A stretch of 64,000 nt of DNA from Thermomicrobiales bacterium (GTDB lineage: Bacteria > Chloroflexota > Chloroflexia > Thermomicrobiales > UBA6265). Location of the stretch: positions 474,586-538,585 of the forward strand of contig JAXLWU010000001.1 in the NCBI GenBank assembly GCA_046328335.1, given 5' to 3'. Made by a program: the position numbers and the translations under genes. The notes beneath the pieces are model-generated. The model worked only from the letters and a program-made list of their open reading frames with translations, had not been told where the DNA came from and searched no databases. This document shows positions 18,956 to 28,796 of the stretch, piece by piece. Numbering within the stretch: the stretch's first letter is position 1; every line of letters starts with the position of its first letter.

Positions 18956-19531
18956 TCAGAGATCGGCGGCGACCAGTTTCGTGATCGCGCGGAGGGCGTC
19001 GAAGACTCCTTCGCCGTTGATCGCCACCGCCCGCACGGCGGGGCGTCCGGAGAGATCGAGGGAAGCCGCGAGTGCGGCTGGTGGTGTGGCGTCCGGCAGG
19101 TCGGACTTGTTGCATTCGAGGACAAGCGGGATGTCCGCCAGCGGCTTGTGCTGCCGTTCCAGCATCTGCCTGAGTTCGGCGAGCGCGTTCATGTTTTCCG
19201 CCATGCGGAGCGGCGTGGCGTCGGCGACAAAGACGACCCCGTCGGCGCCGTGCAGCACCGCCGCGCGAGGTCCGCTCGACCGCGCCTGACCTGGCACGGT
19301 GTAGAGGTGGCAGCGGAGGTGAAACCCGAGATGCTCGCCAAGATCGATCGACAGTGAATCGGAAAAGATGGTGCGGGCAGACTCGGCGGCGATAGCACGG
19401 AACTCGCCGCGGGCGTCCGGCGGGATGCCCGCGGCGATGGCCGATAGTGACGTAGTCTTGCCACTCAATTCCGGGCCAAAAAAGACGATCTTGGCGTGGA
19501 TCTCTCGCGCCGGAACATCGATCAAGGCCAC
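18956..19531 (-). CDS. mglA: MglA-like Ras-superfamily small GTPase
   Basis: REIHAKIVFFGPELSGKTT (MglA-type P-loop), LYTVPGQ switch II, NKSD, VFDALRAITKLV. Collinear with Myxococcus/Thermus MglA as I recall them. GTG start lies 2 nt after the hflX stop. Confidence 0.8.
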   Translation of the reverse strand: MALIDVPAREIHAKIVFFGPELSGKTTSLSAIAAGIPPDARGEFRAIAAESARTIFSDSLSIDLGEHLGFHLRCHLYTVPGQARSSGPRAAVLHGADGVVFVADATPLRMAENMNALAELRQMLERQHKPLADIPLVLECNKSDLPDATPPAALAASLDLSGRPAVRAVAINGEGVFDALRAITKLVAADL

Positions 19532-19533
19532 GA

Positions 19534-20961
19534 TCAGGCGTTCGTCGCGGCCGGACTCACGGCAGCCGTAGCCGCGCCGTTCGCGCGGACGATCTCTTCA
19601 CGCGGCGCGATGAACGGCGCAAAGCGGCCCAGTTCGCTCGCCGGGAGGTAGCCGTCCAGGGTCGTGCCGGCCTCATCGAACTGCGTCGCGGAAACTCGTC
19701 CCACACGGTGGAAGCGATCGACGAGATCGGTGCGGGCAAACGGCGCGGTCAGCGTCACGGGGACGAACCCCGCGTCCGCCTCCAGCGCCGCTTCGACTTG
19801 CGCTAGCAATGCATCGAACCCAAGACCCTCCTGGGCAGAAATTGCTACCGGATTCTGTGCCAACGGCGCGGCCGAACCGAGCCGTTCCAGGAGGGACGAC
19901 ATGCTCGGCGCGGCATCCAGCCCGTCCGGGTTCAGCCGGTCGACCTTGTTGAACGCGGTGATAACCGGCTTGTCGTCCGCGCCGAGTTCTTCGAGGACGG
20001 TCATTACCGTCTGGACCTGCTCCGCCGCGTTGGGATGGGTGATGTCCACGACGTGCAGGAGCACGGTCGCTTCGTTGATCTCCTCCAGCGTGGCGCGGAA
20101 GGCGGCGATCAGGAGCGTTGGCAGGTTGTTGATGAAGCCGACGGTGTCAGTGAAGAGCACCTCCCGCCCGCTCGGCAGGGCGCGGCGGCGCGTGGTCGGA
20201 TCGAGGGTGGCGAACAGTTTGTCCTCGGCCATGACACTGGCCCCGGTCAGCGCGTTGAGCAACGTGCTCTTCCCGGCGTTGGTGTAACCCACCAGGGCGA
20301 CGACCGGAATCGGAACCCCCTTGCGCCGCTCACGGTAGAGCTGCCGATGGGTATGGACCTCGGACAACTCGCGCTTGATATGCACGATGCGCTTGCCCAG
20401 TTCCCGGCGGTCGCTTTCGAGCTGGGTCTCACCGGGACCGCGGAGACCGACGCCACCGACTCCCTGTCGAGAAAGGTGGGTCCAGAGACCGGTGAGGCGC
20501 GGCAGGCGGTACTCCAGTTGCGCCAGTTCGACCTGCAACCGGCCCTCGTGGGTCGCGGCGCGACGGGCAAAGACATCGAGAATCAGGGCCGTGCGGTCGA
20601 TCACCTTGATGTCGAGCGCGCGTTCCAGGTTTCGTTGCTGCGCCGGGGTGAGATCGCCGTCGACCATCACCACGTCATAGTCGAGATCGTCGCGGCGAGC
20701 CTTGATCTCCTCGAGTTTGCCCTTGCCGACGTAGGTCCCGGCCAGCGGGTGCGACAGTTTCTGGGTGACCGAGCCGACGACCTCGACATCGACGGTTTCG
20801 GCAAGACGGGCAAGTTCCTCGAGTGAATCGGCGGCGGCCCAGGTTTGACCAGGTTCTTCGACAGCGATGAGCAACGCGTGTTCCGTAGGACGATGGGTGG
20901 GAAGTGGAATGCGAGTAATGGAGGCCTCCTTGGCTGGCGTCCCACATGGACGGACACGCAA
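19534..20961 (-). CDS. hflX: GTPase HflX
   Basis: HflX N-domain ([34 protein letters not shown]) followed by the G domain [25 protein letters not shown]. Exact start uncertain. Confidence 0.9.
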   Translation of the reverse strand: MRVRPCGTPAKEASITRIPLPTHRPTEHALLIAVEEPGQTWAAADSLEELARLAETVDVEVVGSVTQKLSHPLAGTYVGKGKLEEIKARRDDLDYDVVMVDGDLTPAQQRNLERALDIKVIDRTALILDVFARRAATHEGRLQVELAQLEYRLPRLTGLWTHLSRQGVGGVGLRGPGETQLESDRRELGKRIVHIKRELSEVHTHRQLYRERRKGVPIPVVALVGYTNAGKSTLLNALTGASVMAEDKLFATLDPTTRRRALPSGREVLFTDTVGFINNLPTLLIAAFRATLEEINEATVLLHVVDITHPNAAEQVQTVMTVLEELGADDKPVITAFNKVDRLNPDGLDAAPSMSSLLERLGSAAPLAQNPVAISAQEGLGFDALLAQVEAALEADAGFVPVTLTAPFARTDLVDRFHRVGRVSATQFDEAGTTLDGYLPASELGRFAPFIAPREEIVRANGAATAAVSPAATNA

Positions 20962-21140
20962 TTGTAGCGTGAGGAGTCACGGACCGATGCCAGCGGGACG
21001 CGACCTGGGGCGGAAAGGACGCCTTGATTTCATACTCGGTCGGGAGGATTCCCATCGATCAACCCGCATATGCCCGGCGATGTGAGATCGTGGAACGCGA
21101 CCGATGCGTTGACGCGCTCCCCCAGCCGACAGGCCTCTGG

Positions 21141-22355
21141 TCAGGAACCGGAAGCAGATGTAAGGGTTAGGATGTATGCGTCGAGCGGTGAATCACCCGC
21201 ATTCATGACCGCCCCGTTGCCGCTGACCCGTGCATCCATTACGCGATCATGATCGACGGGGTTGACGACGCGTTCGGAATTGCCAGAACTGACCCCTGGC
21301 AGCGACGCATCCGGGGCAAGATGAGCGATGTCCAGTGTCAATCGCAAGGGTGGACGGACGTCCAGCGCCCTTCCATTGCCTTCGTCTTGCAGGATTGCAT
21401 TGGTGTGCGGCCCATCGGCAGTAATTGGCAGCAGAAGAAGGAGCAATTGGGCGCCTTCGCCGGAGATGTTCATCAGGTCCGCCGTACTTTGTTCCGGAAG
21501 CAGCACGGCATCGCCGGCGTGAACCGTGACAGCCTTGCCGACAGGGAGTGATTCCTCCGCTGCCTGCCCACCGTTCCGAATTACTCGCCCGGACATAGCG
21601 CCCTCATCGAGGCGGACATCGACCTCGCCGTCGACGACATAGAAAACGTCGGGCAATCCACCGTCGTGAACGTCGGCGCGCAAGGTCGTACCGGGTGGGA
21701 ACTGGTAGCGCTCGCACAAGGCATAGGCCGCGTTTGCCTCGAAATCCGACATCGTGACATCGAGCAAGGTGTGCACGGAGACGCCGGATGGCAACGCAGT
21801 GGTGGAAGCCGCTGGAGCCAAGAGCGACACCGGCTGGATCGAGTGCGGAAGATGGGCGTAGAACGCACCGGCCAGGGATACACCGCCGACGAGAACGACC
21901 AGGAGGGCGGCGGCGATGTGCCGCCCAGCGCTGCGGGCAGAACGCCACCGCCGCGAATCAATGGTTCTGGATGATGCCGGCAGCACCTGTACCGATGGCA
22001 CGGCATCTCGCGAAGTGGGCGAGGCTGTCCTGGCGGAAATCTCGTTCCGGCCTCGTTTGAATCTCTGTGGAGAGTGGTCGATCGCGTCCGGGGGCGGACT
22101 ATCGTCCACGGATGGCTGCGCTGGCCAAGACCATGCGTTGCGTTCGATCGCGGCCAGAACCGTGCGGTCCAGCGCTTTTCGACTCGCCGCGCTCGACGGT
22201 GCGGATGCGAGTGTCTGGAACAGGCGAACGGTTGCGATCGAGGCGGGGTCGAGGGTGTAGTCGCCGCGGTCTTCGCTGCCAGAAACGAGATCGTTCCACA
22301 GCCGATCGAGTTCGCGGTCTGGGTCGGCGCCCCTCGTGGGCAAGAGTTCAAGCAT
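21141..22355 (-). CDS. Putative anti-sigma factor: N-terminal cytoplasmic segment, one TM, C-terminal cupin-like domain
   Basis: ATG at 22355 overlaps the sigma-factor stop by 8 nt. TM HIAAALLVVLVGGVSLAGAFYA. C-terminal beta-rich region VFYVVDGEVDVRL...VTVHAGDAVLLP. Confidence 0.6.
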   Translation of the reverse strand: MLELLPTRGADPDRELDRLWNDLVSGSEDRGDYTLDPASIATVRLFQTLASAPSSAASRKALDRTVLAAIERNAWSWPAQPSVDDSPPPDAIDHSPQRFKRGRNEISARTASPTSRDAVPSVQVLPASSRTIDSRRWRSARSAGRHIAAALLVVLVGGVSLAGAFYAHLPHSIQPVSLLAPAASTTALPSGVSVHTLLDVTMSDFEANAAYALCERYQFPPGTTLRADVHDGGLPDVFYVVDGEVDVRLDEGAMSGRVIRNGGQAAEESLPVGKAVTVHAGDAVLLPEQSTADLMNISGEGAQLLLLLLPITADGPHTNAILQDEGNGRALDVRPPLRLTLDIAHLAPDASLPGVSSGNSERVVNPVDHDRVMDARVSGNGAVMNAGDSPLDAYILTLTSASGS

Positions 22356-22962
22356 TGACGGCCTCCTGTTGCAGCGTGGCCTCGTCGCCAATAAGCGTCC
22401 GCAGCCTGGCGATGGCGCGAGATTGGGCGGTGCGAACGCTTTGCTCCGATATCCCCAACACCTGCGCAATTTCCGGCGTCCTCAATTCCGCGGCGCGAAG
22501 TTCGAGTACGGACCGCTCGCGCTCGGGCAGCCGGCTGAGCAACACCAGCACCCGCGCCCGGCGATCGGACGCAATGACCGCGTCCTCCGGCAATGGCGAC
22601 CCATCGACGATCGTCAGGGCGGGGAGGAGGGTTGTCTCAGGGTGGCGGCCGCGATGCCGATGGCGGTCGGCGATCTCGTTATGGGCAATGCTGAAGAGCC
22701 AGGACCGAAAGGAGTCTCCCCGCGCGGAAAACCGCGGCAGGTTTCCCAACGCCTTGACAAAGACCGTGCCCGCGGCATCCTCCGCATCGTGCTGATTCCC
22801 GAGCCGGTAGTAGCAATAGTTCAGGACCGCGTCGCGGTCGCGGAGGTAGAGCGGTGCGAAGGCGCCCGGCGCGGACTGCGCGAGACGCACCAGTTCCGCG
22901 TCGCTCGGTTCCGGTACGTCGGGGTTGGGTGGCGATGTACCGTTTGCTGCTGGCCTGAGCAT
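22348..22962 (-). CDS. ECF-type sigma-70 family RNA polymerase sigma factor
   Basis: Region 2 FAPLYLRDRDAVLNYCYYRLGNQHDAEDAAGTVFVKA and region 4 HTH LRTPEIAQVLGISEQSVRTAQSRAIARLR. Confidence 0.88.
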   Translation of the reverse strand: MLRPAANGTSPPNPDVPEPSDAELVRLAQSAPGAFAPLYLRDRDAVLNYCYYRLGNQHDAEDAAGTVFVKALGNLPRFSARGDSFRSWLFSIAHNEIADRHRHRGRHPETTLLPALTIVDGSPLPEDAVIASDRRARVLVLLSRLPERERSVLELRAAELRTPEIAQVLGISEQSVRTAQSRAIARLRTLIGDEATLQQEAVNA

Positions 22963-23061
22963 GTGGCGCTGTCCATTGCGACGTTCGACCGATCGGGAGG
23001 GTAAACGCCAGGACGGTGAAATCGTTACATCATTGGCCAGATCCGTCGAGTGGACGTTCGT

Positions 23062-24012
23062 TTACGTGTTGGCCAACCTGGAGACGATCGGCGCAACCGC
23101 CTCGAGATCGGCATCCCCGATCACGAAGTAGCTGAACCCGAGGGTCTCACGCCGCTGCTGGAGCAGATCGACGATCTGTGATAGGTCCCCGATGAGCATC
23201 GCCGGCATGGCGAGTACCGCTTCCGGCGCCAGAGCAGTCCAGCCGCGAGCGGCGGCGATGGCGGCCGCGGCAGATCGCCGATCGTCGGTAACGACGAAAT
23301 CGGGAAAGAGGCTGAGTTCGATGCGCGGAAAGCGATCGCCGGCGGCGTCACGGATCCAGCCGACTTTTTCGGCGACGCGATCCGGGGAACGCTCCGCGGG
23401 ATCGTCGCGGAGGGCGCCACTGGTGACATTCGAGGTGAGGACGCTGACGATGTCCGCTTCACGGCCGGCAAGAGAGAGCATCCGCCTGGCCCCGCCACCG
23501 AGCAGAATGGGTGGATGTGGGCGCTGCAGCGAGGCCGGGAACGACCGCAGGCCATCGATGCGATAGTGTTTGCCGTGGAAGGTGGCCGGTTCCGCGGCGA
23601 GGAGTTTCTTGAGGATGGCGATCGATTCGGCGAGACGCTCGATCCGGGTGCCCGGCGGGTCGAACGAGATACCTGATTGCTCGTACTCGTTGGCGAGCCA
23701 TCCGGCGCCGAGCCCGAGTTCCACCCGGCCCGCGGAAAGGAGATCGAGGGTGGCGATCTCTTTGGCGAGCACCGCGGGATGGCGAAAATCGTTGTCGATC
23801 ACCAACGTGCCGAGCCGCAGTGTGGTCGAGAGCGTCGCGGCGACTGCCAGCGTGGTCAGCGGAGCCAGTTGCGCCCCGAATGGTGCGTCGACGAGATGAT
23901 CGCGAATCAGCAGGGTGTTGAATCCCGCGTCTTCGGCGCGGGCCGCGATGTCCTGCAGGTCGAGCAGGCCGCGGATCGATTCCAGAACCACACCGAAGCG
24001 AAACGGATGCAT
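23062..24012 (-). CDS. LLM-class (luciferase-like) F420-dependent oxidoreductase
   Basis: MHPFRFGVVLE...GFNTLLIRDHL...GRVELGLGAGW...HPPILLGG. ATG at 24012; the listed start at 24177 is an over-extension. Confidence 0.8.
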   Translation of the reverse strand: MHPFRFGVVLESIRGLLDLQDIAARAEDAGFNTLLIRDHLVDAPFGAQLAPLTTLAVAATLSTTLRLGTLVIDNDFRHPAVLAKEIATLDLLSAGRVELGLGAGWLANEYEQSGISFDPPGTRIERLAESIAILKKLLAAEPATFHGKHYRIDGLRSFPASLQRPHPPILLGGGARRMLSLAGREADIVSVLTSNVTSGALRDDPAERSPDRVAEKVGWIRDAAGDRFPRIELSLFPDFVVTDDRRSAAAAIAAARGWTALAPEAVLAMPAMLIGDLSQIVDLLQQRRETLGFSYFVIGDADLEAVAPIVSRLANT

Positions 24013-24218
24013 TGGTCGTTCTCCATGACCTCGTAGATCCCGGTTCTTTTGGTTTGAAGTTTCGGGCGGGCGTCCTGTCGTCTCGACGCAGGAGGGGCCT
24101 CGGCGCGTGCGAGCCACGACGTACGACGACCACACCGATCGCGCGCGGCGCTGACTTCGGTTCAATCGCGTCGCCAAGCCTTGTGAATTCCTCGACCGCG
24201 ATGGCGGGAAAAGCGGGT

Positions 24219-24238
24219 GAGGCAGGCCTCGCCCCTAC
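24219..24238. repeat. Family-C-like fragment (GAGGCAGGCCTCGCCCCTAC)
   Basis: Shares the GCCTGC...CCCTAC core with the 16545 and 53361 palindromes. Confidence 0.4.
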
Positions 24239-24269
24239 GATGGTGCGTCGTCCCTCAGGTCGCGACCAA

Positions 24270-25715
24270 TTACCCAGTAGACGCGGTGGCGCTGATCTCG
24301 TGAGACCGAATCGTCAGATTTTCCGCGGCGAGGGCATGGCGGCGCCGGACGGCCTCGATCTGGCGCCGGTCCGATTCGAGCTGGGTCCGCTCCCCGGCGA
24401 GATACTCGCGCACCGCGACGGGCGAGGGGCCGCCCAGCAGGGTGCGCTTTTCGATGTAGCGACGGGGCGCGAGGAACGCGCCGAGACGCTCGATCTCAAC
24501 TCCGAGTTCGCGGCCGAGCACCAACAGGGCCGCGCCGTCGATGATCCCCGGGTTGATCCCGCTCGCTTCCAGCCCATCGTCCGCGGCACGACTGGCGGTG
24601 AGCGCGGCAATCTCCCGTGCCGCCGCCGGTGAAACGCCTTCTTCGAGTATCAGGAAATCGGCCAGATCGCCCGCGGTGACGAAGGCGCGCCCGGCGTTTC
24701 GCGCCAACCAGGCGCGATTCAGTTCGATCGGTCCGGAGACAAGGACCGCGAAGGCATCCGTAACGGCGGCGGCTTCGCTCAGCGCCGCAACGGTGGAGGC
24801 GAACGCGAGATCGGTCAGTTCCGTTGCCGGACCGTAGGGCGTCTCGCGGATCAAGCGCACGGCGCCGTCCGCGGCGTTTTCGACATCGCGGCTGCGCGCG
24901 ATCACGCGCTCCAGGACGACGGGCGGCCGGTATTGCGGGAGCGTGTTGTCGGCGGGAGCGAGGAGTTCATCACCGAGACGCAGCGCCTGGGGATCCGTAC
25001 GCAGCCAGACAAGCAATTCGCTGAAGAGGCGCCGGATGGGGAGAACGCTCTCGGCGGCGATTTGGGCCAAGGCGCTGACATGATCGACGGCGGTCAGCGC
25101 GTCGAAGGTGCTCGCTACCGGCCGGGTGGCGCCAAGCAGGTCAGCGGTCTCGTCGCGGTCGATCGGCAACCCGGGACCGGTCAATGCGGCTGCGCCGAGG
25201 GGGGTCATGTCGAGATCGCTCAGGGCAGCATCGAGACGACGGCCGGTGCGGCCGAGCGGGGCGATGATATCGCTGAGAAAGTGTGCGACGTTGGTCGGCT
25301 GGAGTTGGCTGGCGCCCGACCACGCCTGGAGGAGGGTGAAGACGTTGTCCTCGGCCAGATCGAGCAACGCCGCGCGGGCCGTGTGCAGCGATCCCAGCAA
25401 TACCAGCGCATGATCTCGCAGGACAAGACGCTGGGCCGTTGCGGCGAGATCGAACCGGGCCCGGGCGAGGCGAACGCCGCCGGCCGCGGCGGGAGAAGAG
25501 AGACTGTCCACGCGCTCGTCAAACGCCGCGACCAGGGAGAGCGACCCAGGAGCCGAAGGCGGATCGGCGCGGCTGACCGCGTCGATCGCGCTCAGCACCG
25601 AGCCGGCGATCGTGTCATCGACAATGGCCGCGTCGCGCAGCATGACCACGTGGGCGGTGGCGGCGCGAGCGATCGCTGCCCACAGCGCGCGGCGCTGTTC
25701 TTCGGAACTGGTCAC
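24270..25715 (-). CDS. Argininosuccinate-lyase/fumarase-superfamily paralog with degenerate catalytic motifs
   Basis: Collinear with ArgH. The conserved blocks read RLARARFDLAAT (for TGRSRNDQVAT), AWSGASQLQPTNVAHF (for GYTHLQRAQPVTFAHW) and APADNTLPQYRPPVVLE (for SGSSLMPQKKNPDALE). GTG at 25715 proposed; the ORF extends to 25934. Confidence 0.7.
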   Translation of the reverse strand: MTSSEEQRRALWAAIARAATAHVVMLRDAAIVDDTIAGSVLSAIDAVSRADPPSAPGSLSLVAAFDERVDSLSSPAAAGGVRLARARFDLAATAQRLVLRDHALVLLGSLHTARAALLDLAEDNVFTLLQAWSGASQLQPTNVAHFLSDIIAPLGRTGRRLDAALSDLDMTPLGAAALTGPGLPIDRDETADLLGATRPVASTFDALTAVDHVSALAQIAAESVLPIRRLFSELLVWLRTDPQALRLGDELLAPADNTLPQYRPPVVLERVIARSRDVENAADGAVRLIRETPYGPATELTDLAFASTVAALSEAAAVTDAFAVLVSGPIELNRAWLARNAGRAFVTAGDLADFLILEEGVSPAAAREIAALTASRAADDGLEASGINPGIIDGAALLVLGRELGVEIERLGAFLAPRRYIEKRTLLGGPSPVAVREYLAGERTQLESDRRQIEAVRRRHALAAENLTIRSHEISATASTG

Positions 25716-25887
25716 GCATGAACTCCCGAGCGCGGCCCCGGCACGACAGACTGCAGGCCGGGCCGAGTCTAGCAGTGGCGACTGAGGCGCGGCACGCCGC
25801 GCTTGACCGGCTTTGGACGGGGGGCGTAGCATCGGTCCGGTCGTCGTCTGGCAATTCGACAGGAACGAAAAGGAACACGCGGAACCG

Positions 25888-27099
25888 ATGATTCCAGAAA
25901 GCTTTCCCGGACGCGGCAAGGTCGCCGTTCTCAAGACCCGCCCCGAAACCGTCCTCGCCGACGTTGGCGAGGTGATGCACCTGGCCGGGTACGCGGATGC
26001 TCTCCCGAAGGATCACGACACGATCCTCAAGATCAACATCTCCTGGCAAACCTGGTACCCCGCTTGCTCGACGACGCCCTGGCAACTGGAAGGGGTGATT
26101 CGCACCCTCCAGGCGGACGGGTACCAGAAACTGATCGGCGCGCAGAACGGGACCGTGGTGGTCGATGCGCGGGTCGGCGAGCGCAACAACAAGCACAAGT
26201 ACGTCGTCGATCGCTACGGCGTCGCCAATGTGCATCTGTACGAACCGCATATCGAATGGGTGACCTACACGCCGAAGAAGCCGTTCCTGGTGCTCGATCA
26301 AATCTTTCCGGAAGGGGTGAAGGTTCCGAAACTGTTCTATGGCCGGAACATCATCCAACTCCCGACGGTCAAGACGCACGTCTTCACCACAATCACCGGG
26401 GCGATGAAGAACGCGTTCGGCGGCCTGCTCAACGAACGCCGTCACATGACGCACGCGGTAATCGACGAAACACTGGTCGATCTGCTCCAGATCCAGCAGG
26501 ACATTCATTCCGGGTTGTTCGCGGTCATGGACGGCACGTTTGCCGGTGATGGCGCGGGGCCGCGAGCCATGCGCCCGCATGAGAAGGACATCCTGCTCGC
26601 GAGCGCCGATCAGGTGGCGATCGACGCGGTCTCGGCCAAGCTCCAGGGATTCAATCCCCTCGATCTGCCGTTCATTCGCATCGCCCACGAGAAGGGCCTC
26701 GGCGTCGGCGATCCGAAGGATATCGAGATCGTTGGGTACGACATCTCCCTCGAGGATTGGAAGTTCGTCAAAGAAGACACCTTCGCCTCCAAGGGGCAAC
26801 ACCTGATTTATCACGGACCGCTGAAGCGGTTCGAAAAGCCGTTGCTGCAGTCGCCTCTGGTGCCGTGGAGTTACTTCGCATCGAACTTCTATCACAATGT
26901 CTACTGGTACCCTGTGGTCGGACGCAAGCGGGTCAAAGCGGCGCTGCAGACCAAATGGGGGCAGCTTTTCGCGGGGTACGGCGACGGCCGGGTGGTGTTG
27001 CCCGGTCCGGAACCGAAGCCGACGGCGATTGCGGCGGCGGGTGCGGCCGGCGTCGTGGCGGGCGTTGCGCTGGCGGCGCGAGCGGCGCGCCGCGGGTAG
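25888..27099 (+). CDS. DUF362 domain-containing protein with a C-terminal TM anchor
   Basis: ILKINISW...LPTVKTHVFTTITGAMKNAFGGL...VMDGTFAGDGAGP...ASADQVAIDAV are typical DUF362 blocks. ATG at 25888. Confidence 0.8.
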   Translation: MIPESFPGRGKVAVLKTRPETVLADVGEVMHLAGYADALPKDHDTILKINISWQTWYPACSTTPWQLEGVIRTLQADGYQKLIGAQNGTVVVDARVGERNNKHKYVVDRYGVANVHLYEPHIEWVTYTPKKPFLVLDQIFPEGVKVPKLFYGRNIIQLPTVKTHVFTTITGAMKNAFGGLLNERRHMTHAVIDETLVDLLQIQQDIHSGLFAVMDGTFAGDGAGPRAMRPHEKDILLASADQVAIDAVSAKLQGFNPLDLPFIRIAHEKGLGVGDPKDIEIVGYDISLEDWKFVKEDTFASKGQHLIYHGPLKRFEKPLLQSPLVPWSYFASNFYHNVYWYPVVGRKRVKAALQTKWGQLFAGYGDGRVVLPGPEPKPTAIAAAGAAGVVAGVALAARAARRG

Positions 27100-27126
27100 G
27101 GAAGTAGGGAAGAGGACGGGGGAGCG

Positions 27127-27504
27127 GTGGAAGGTCTCGCGGGGATTCATCAACTCATTGGTGGTCTCGTGGTCGTGGCGTTTATTGTCGTGATGGTACT
27201 GGCGGCCCTGCAGGCGGCCGGGCGCAGCGGCAACGCCACGCGCACCTTTTCGATGGTGGCGGCGGGATTGCTCGTCCTGCAGTACGTGATCGGCTTCATT
27301 CTGGTGGGCAGCGGCGCGCGCAACCAGGTTGGCCACTACATCATTGCGTTGCTGATCCTGGTGCCGGTGGCTCTCCAGCACACGGTCATGAAGCGGTTTG
27401 GACCGCAGACGGTCGGCATCGCGACGCTGATTTGGGCGCTGGCCGCGGTCTTCCTTTCGATTATCGCGTACCTCACCGGGATGCACGGAGCCGTCGCGTC
27501 ATAG
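27127..27504 (+). CDS. Small 4-TM membrane protein, unknown function
   Basis: Four hydrophobic spans. GTG start preceded by GGACGGGGGAG. Confidence 0.55.
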   Translation: MEGLAGIHQLIGGLVVVAFIVVMVLAALQAAGRSGNATRTFSMVAAGLLVLQYVIGFILVGSGARNQVGHYIIALLILVPVALQHTVMKRFGPQTVGIATLIWALAAVFLSIIAYLTGMHGAVAS

Positions 27505-27512
27505 GCGCCGCG

Positions 27513-28433
27513 ATGACTGAGTCGCCGTTTCTCGCCCGCCTTCATTCCGGGCCGAGTCTCGTGCTCGATGCGGCGATGGGGAGTGACCTCGATCGCCGTG
27601 GACTGCCAACGACGCTGCCGCTCTGGTCGGCGGTCGGTTTGTTGGAGCGGCCCGATTTGGTGCGGCAAGTCCACGTCGAGAACCTGCGCGCGGGCGCGGA
27701 CATTATCACCACGAATACGTTCCGCAGCACGGCGCGAACATTGCGGCACGCGGGTTTGGACGAGTCCCGCGCGGGAGAACTCGATGCTCTGGCGGTGCGG
27801 CTGGCGCAAGACGCGCGGACGGAGGCGGGTCGGCCTGAGGCACTGATCGCGGGGTCCATTGCGCCGCTGGAGGATTGTTATCTGCCGGTGTTCGAGACCC
27901 CGCCAGATATTGCCCTGGCGGAACATCGGGCGCAGGCGAGCAACTTGGCCGCGGCGGGTGTCGATTTCCTGATGGTGGAAACGATGCCGACCGCGGTGGA
28001 AGCATCCCTGGCGCTGCGGGCTGCGGTCGAGACGGGGCTCCCGAGCAGCGTGGGGTTTGTCTGCGCGCCGCTGGCCGCTGGTGAGCCGGTGCGCCTGCTC
28101 AGTGGCGAAACGCTGGCCGAAGCCGTTGCGACCGTGGGTGACCTCGGCGCGGCAGCGATCCTGGTGAACTGTGCCCCTCCCGACGTGATCACCGCGGCGC
28201 TGAGTGAACTGGCAACGCTGACGCCACTGCCGATCGGTGGCTACGCGAACGTCGGGCAGGTCGACGACGAGGTAGGTTGGTCGCCCGACGGGTCAATGAC
28301 GGGCGAGCAGTACGCGGTGCACGTTCGAGAGTGGATCGATCTCGGGGCGCGGATCGTTGGCGGCTGCTGCGGCACGCATCCCGCGCACGCCGCGGCGGTG
28401 CGGGCGGTGGTCGACCTCAGCACCGGTTCCTGA
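27513..28433 (+). CDS. Homocysteine S-methyltransferase family protein
   Basis: LVLDAAMGSDL...LWSA...H..NLRAGADIITTNTF...NC...GGCCGTHPAH (Zn-binding Cys triad pattern). Confidence 0.85.
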   Translation: MTESPFLARLHSGPSLVLDAAMGSDLDRRGLPTTLPLWSAVGLLERPDLVRQVHVENLRAGADIITTNTFRSTARTLRHAGLDESRAGELDALAVRLAQDARTEAGRPEALIAGSIAPLEDCYLPVFETPPDIALAEHRAQASNLAAAGVDFLMVETMPTAVEASLALRAAVETGLPSSVGFVCAPLAAGEPVRLLSGETLAEAVATVGDLGAAAILVNCAPPDVITAALSELATLTPLPIGGYANVGQVDDEVGWSPDGSMTGEQYAVHVREWIDLGARIVGGCCGTHPAHAAAVRAVVDLSTGS

Positions 28434-28796
28434 TCCCGGCTTCGTTTTTGAGGCCGCAACCTCGGGGTGTCATGCGAACGCCAATCGTTCGTCCATCCCA
28501 GGGGCCAACAATGGGAGACACGACTGTTTCGCCGCACCGGTCCTCCCCTCCCCCCGGGTATGGTCCAAGAACGTGGTCGTAGGGTAGGGGCGACGGATCT
28601 GCCGCGGGGCGGGGCGATCGGTGGCCGACGCACCAGCCGAAACCACTTGGGGTTCCGAGATCGTGGGAGAGCAAGGTGCGGGCCGGGCATCGGCCCGCGA
28701 GAACCCGAACAGTTGCCGGAGCCGCCGCGAGCCCGTCTCAGGCGAGGTGGGGTGCGGCGGGGGGAGCGCCCGGGAGCAGGGGCACGGCAGGGACAC

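Noticed and set aside
18781-21140. Search for an MglB (Roadblock/LC7) partner next to the MglA-like gene
   Set aside because: No ORF of suitable size or pattern was found on either side. The absence is reported as a finding rather than forcing a call.
25615-27486. 623-aa minus-strand ORF
   Set aside because: It overlaps the well-supported DUF362 gene and the small membrane-protein gene on the opposite strand. Its composition is Arg/Asp/His-rich with no domain signatures.
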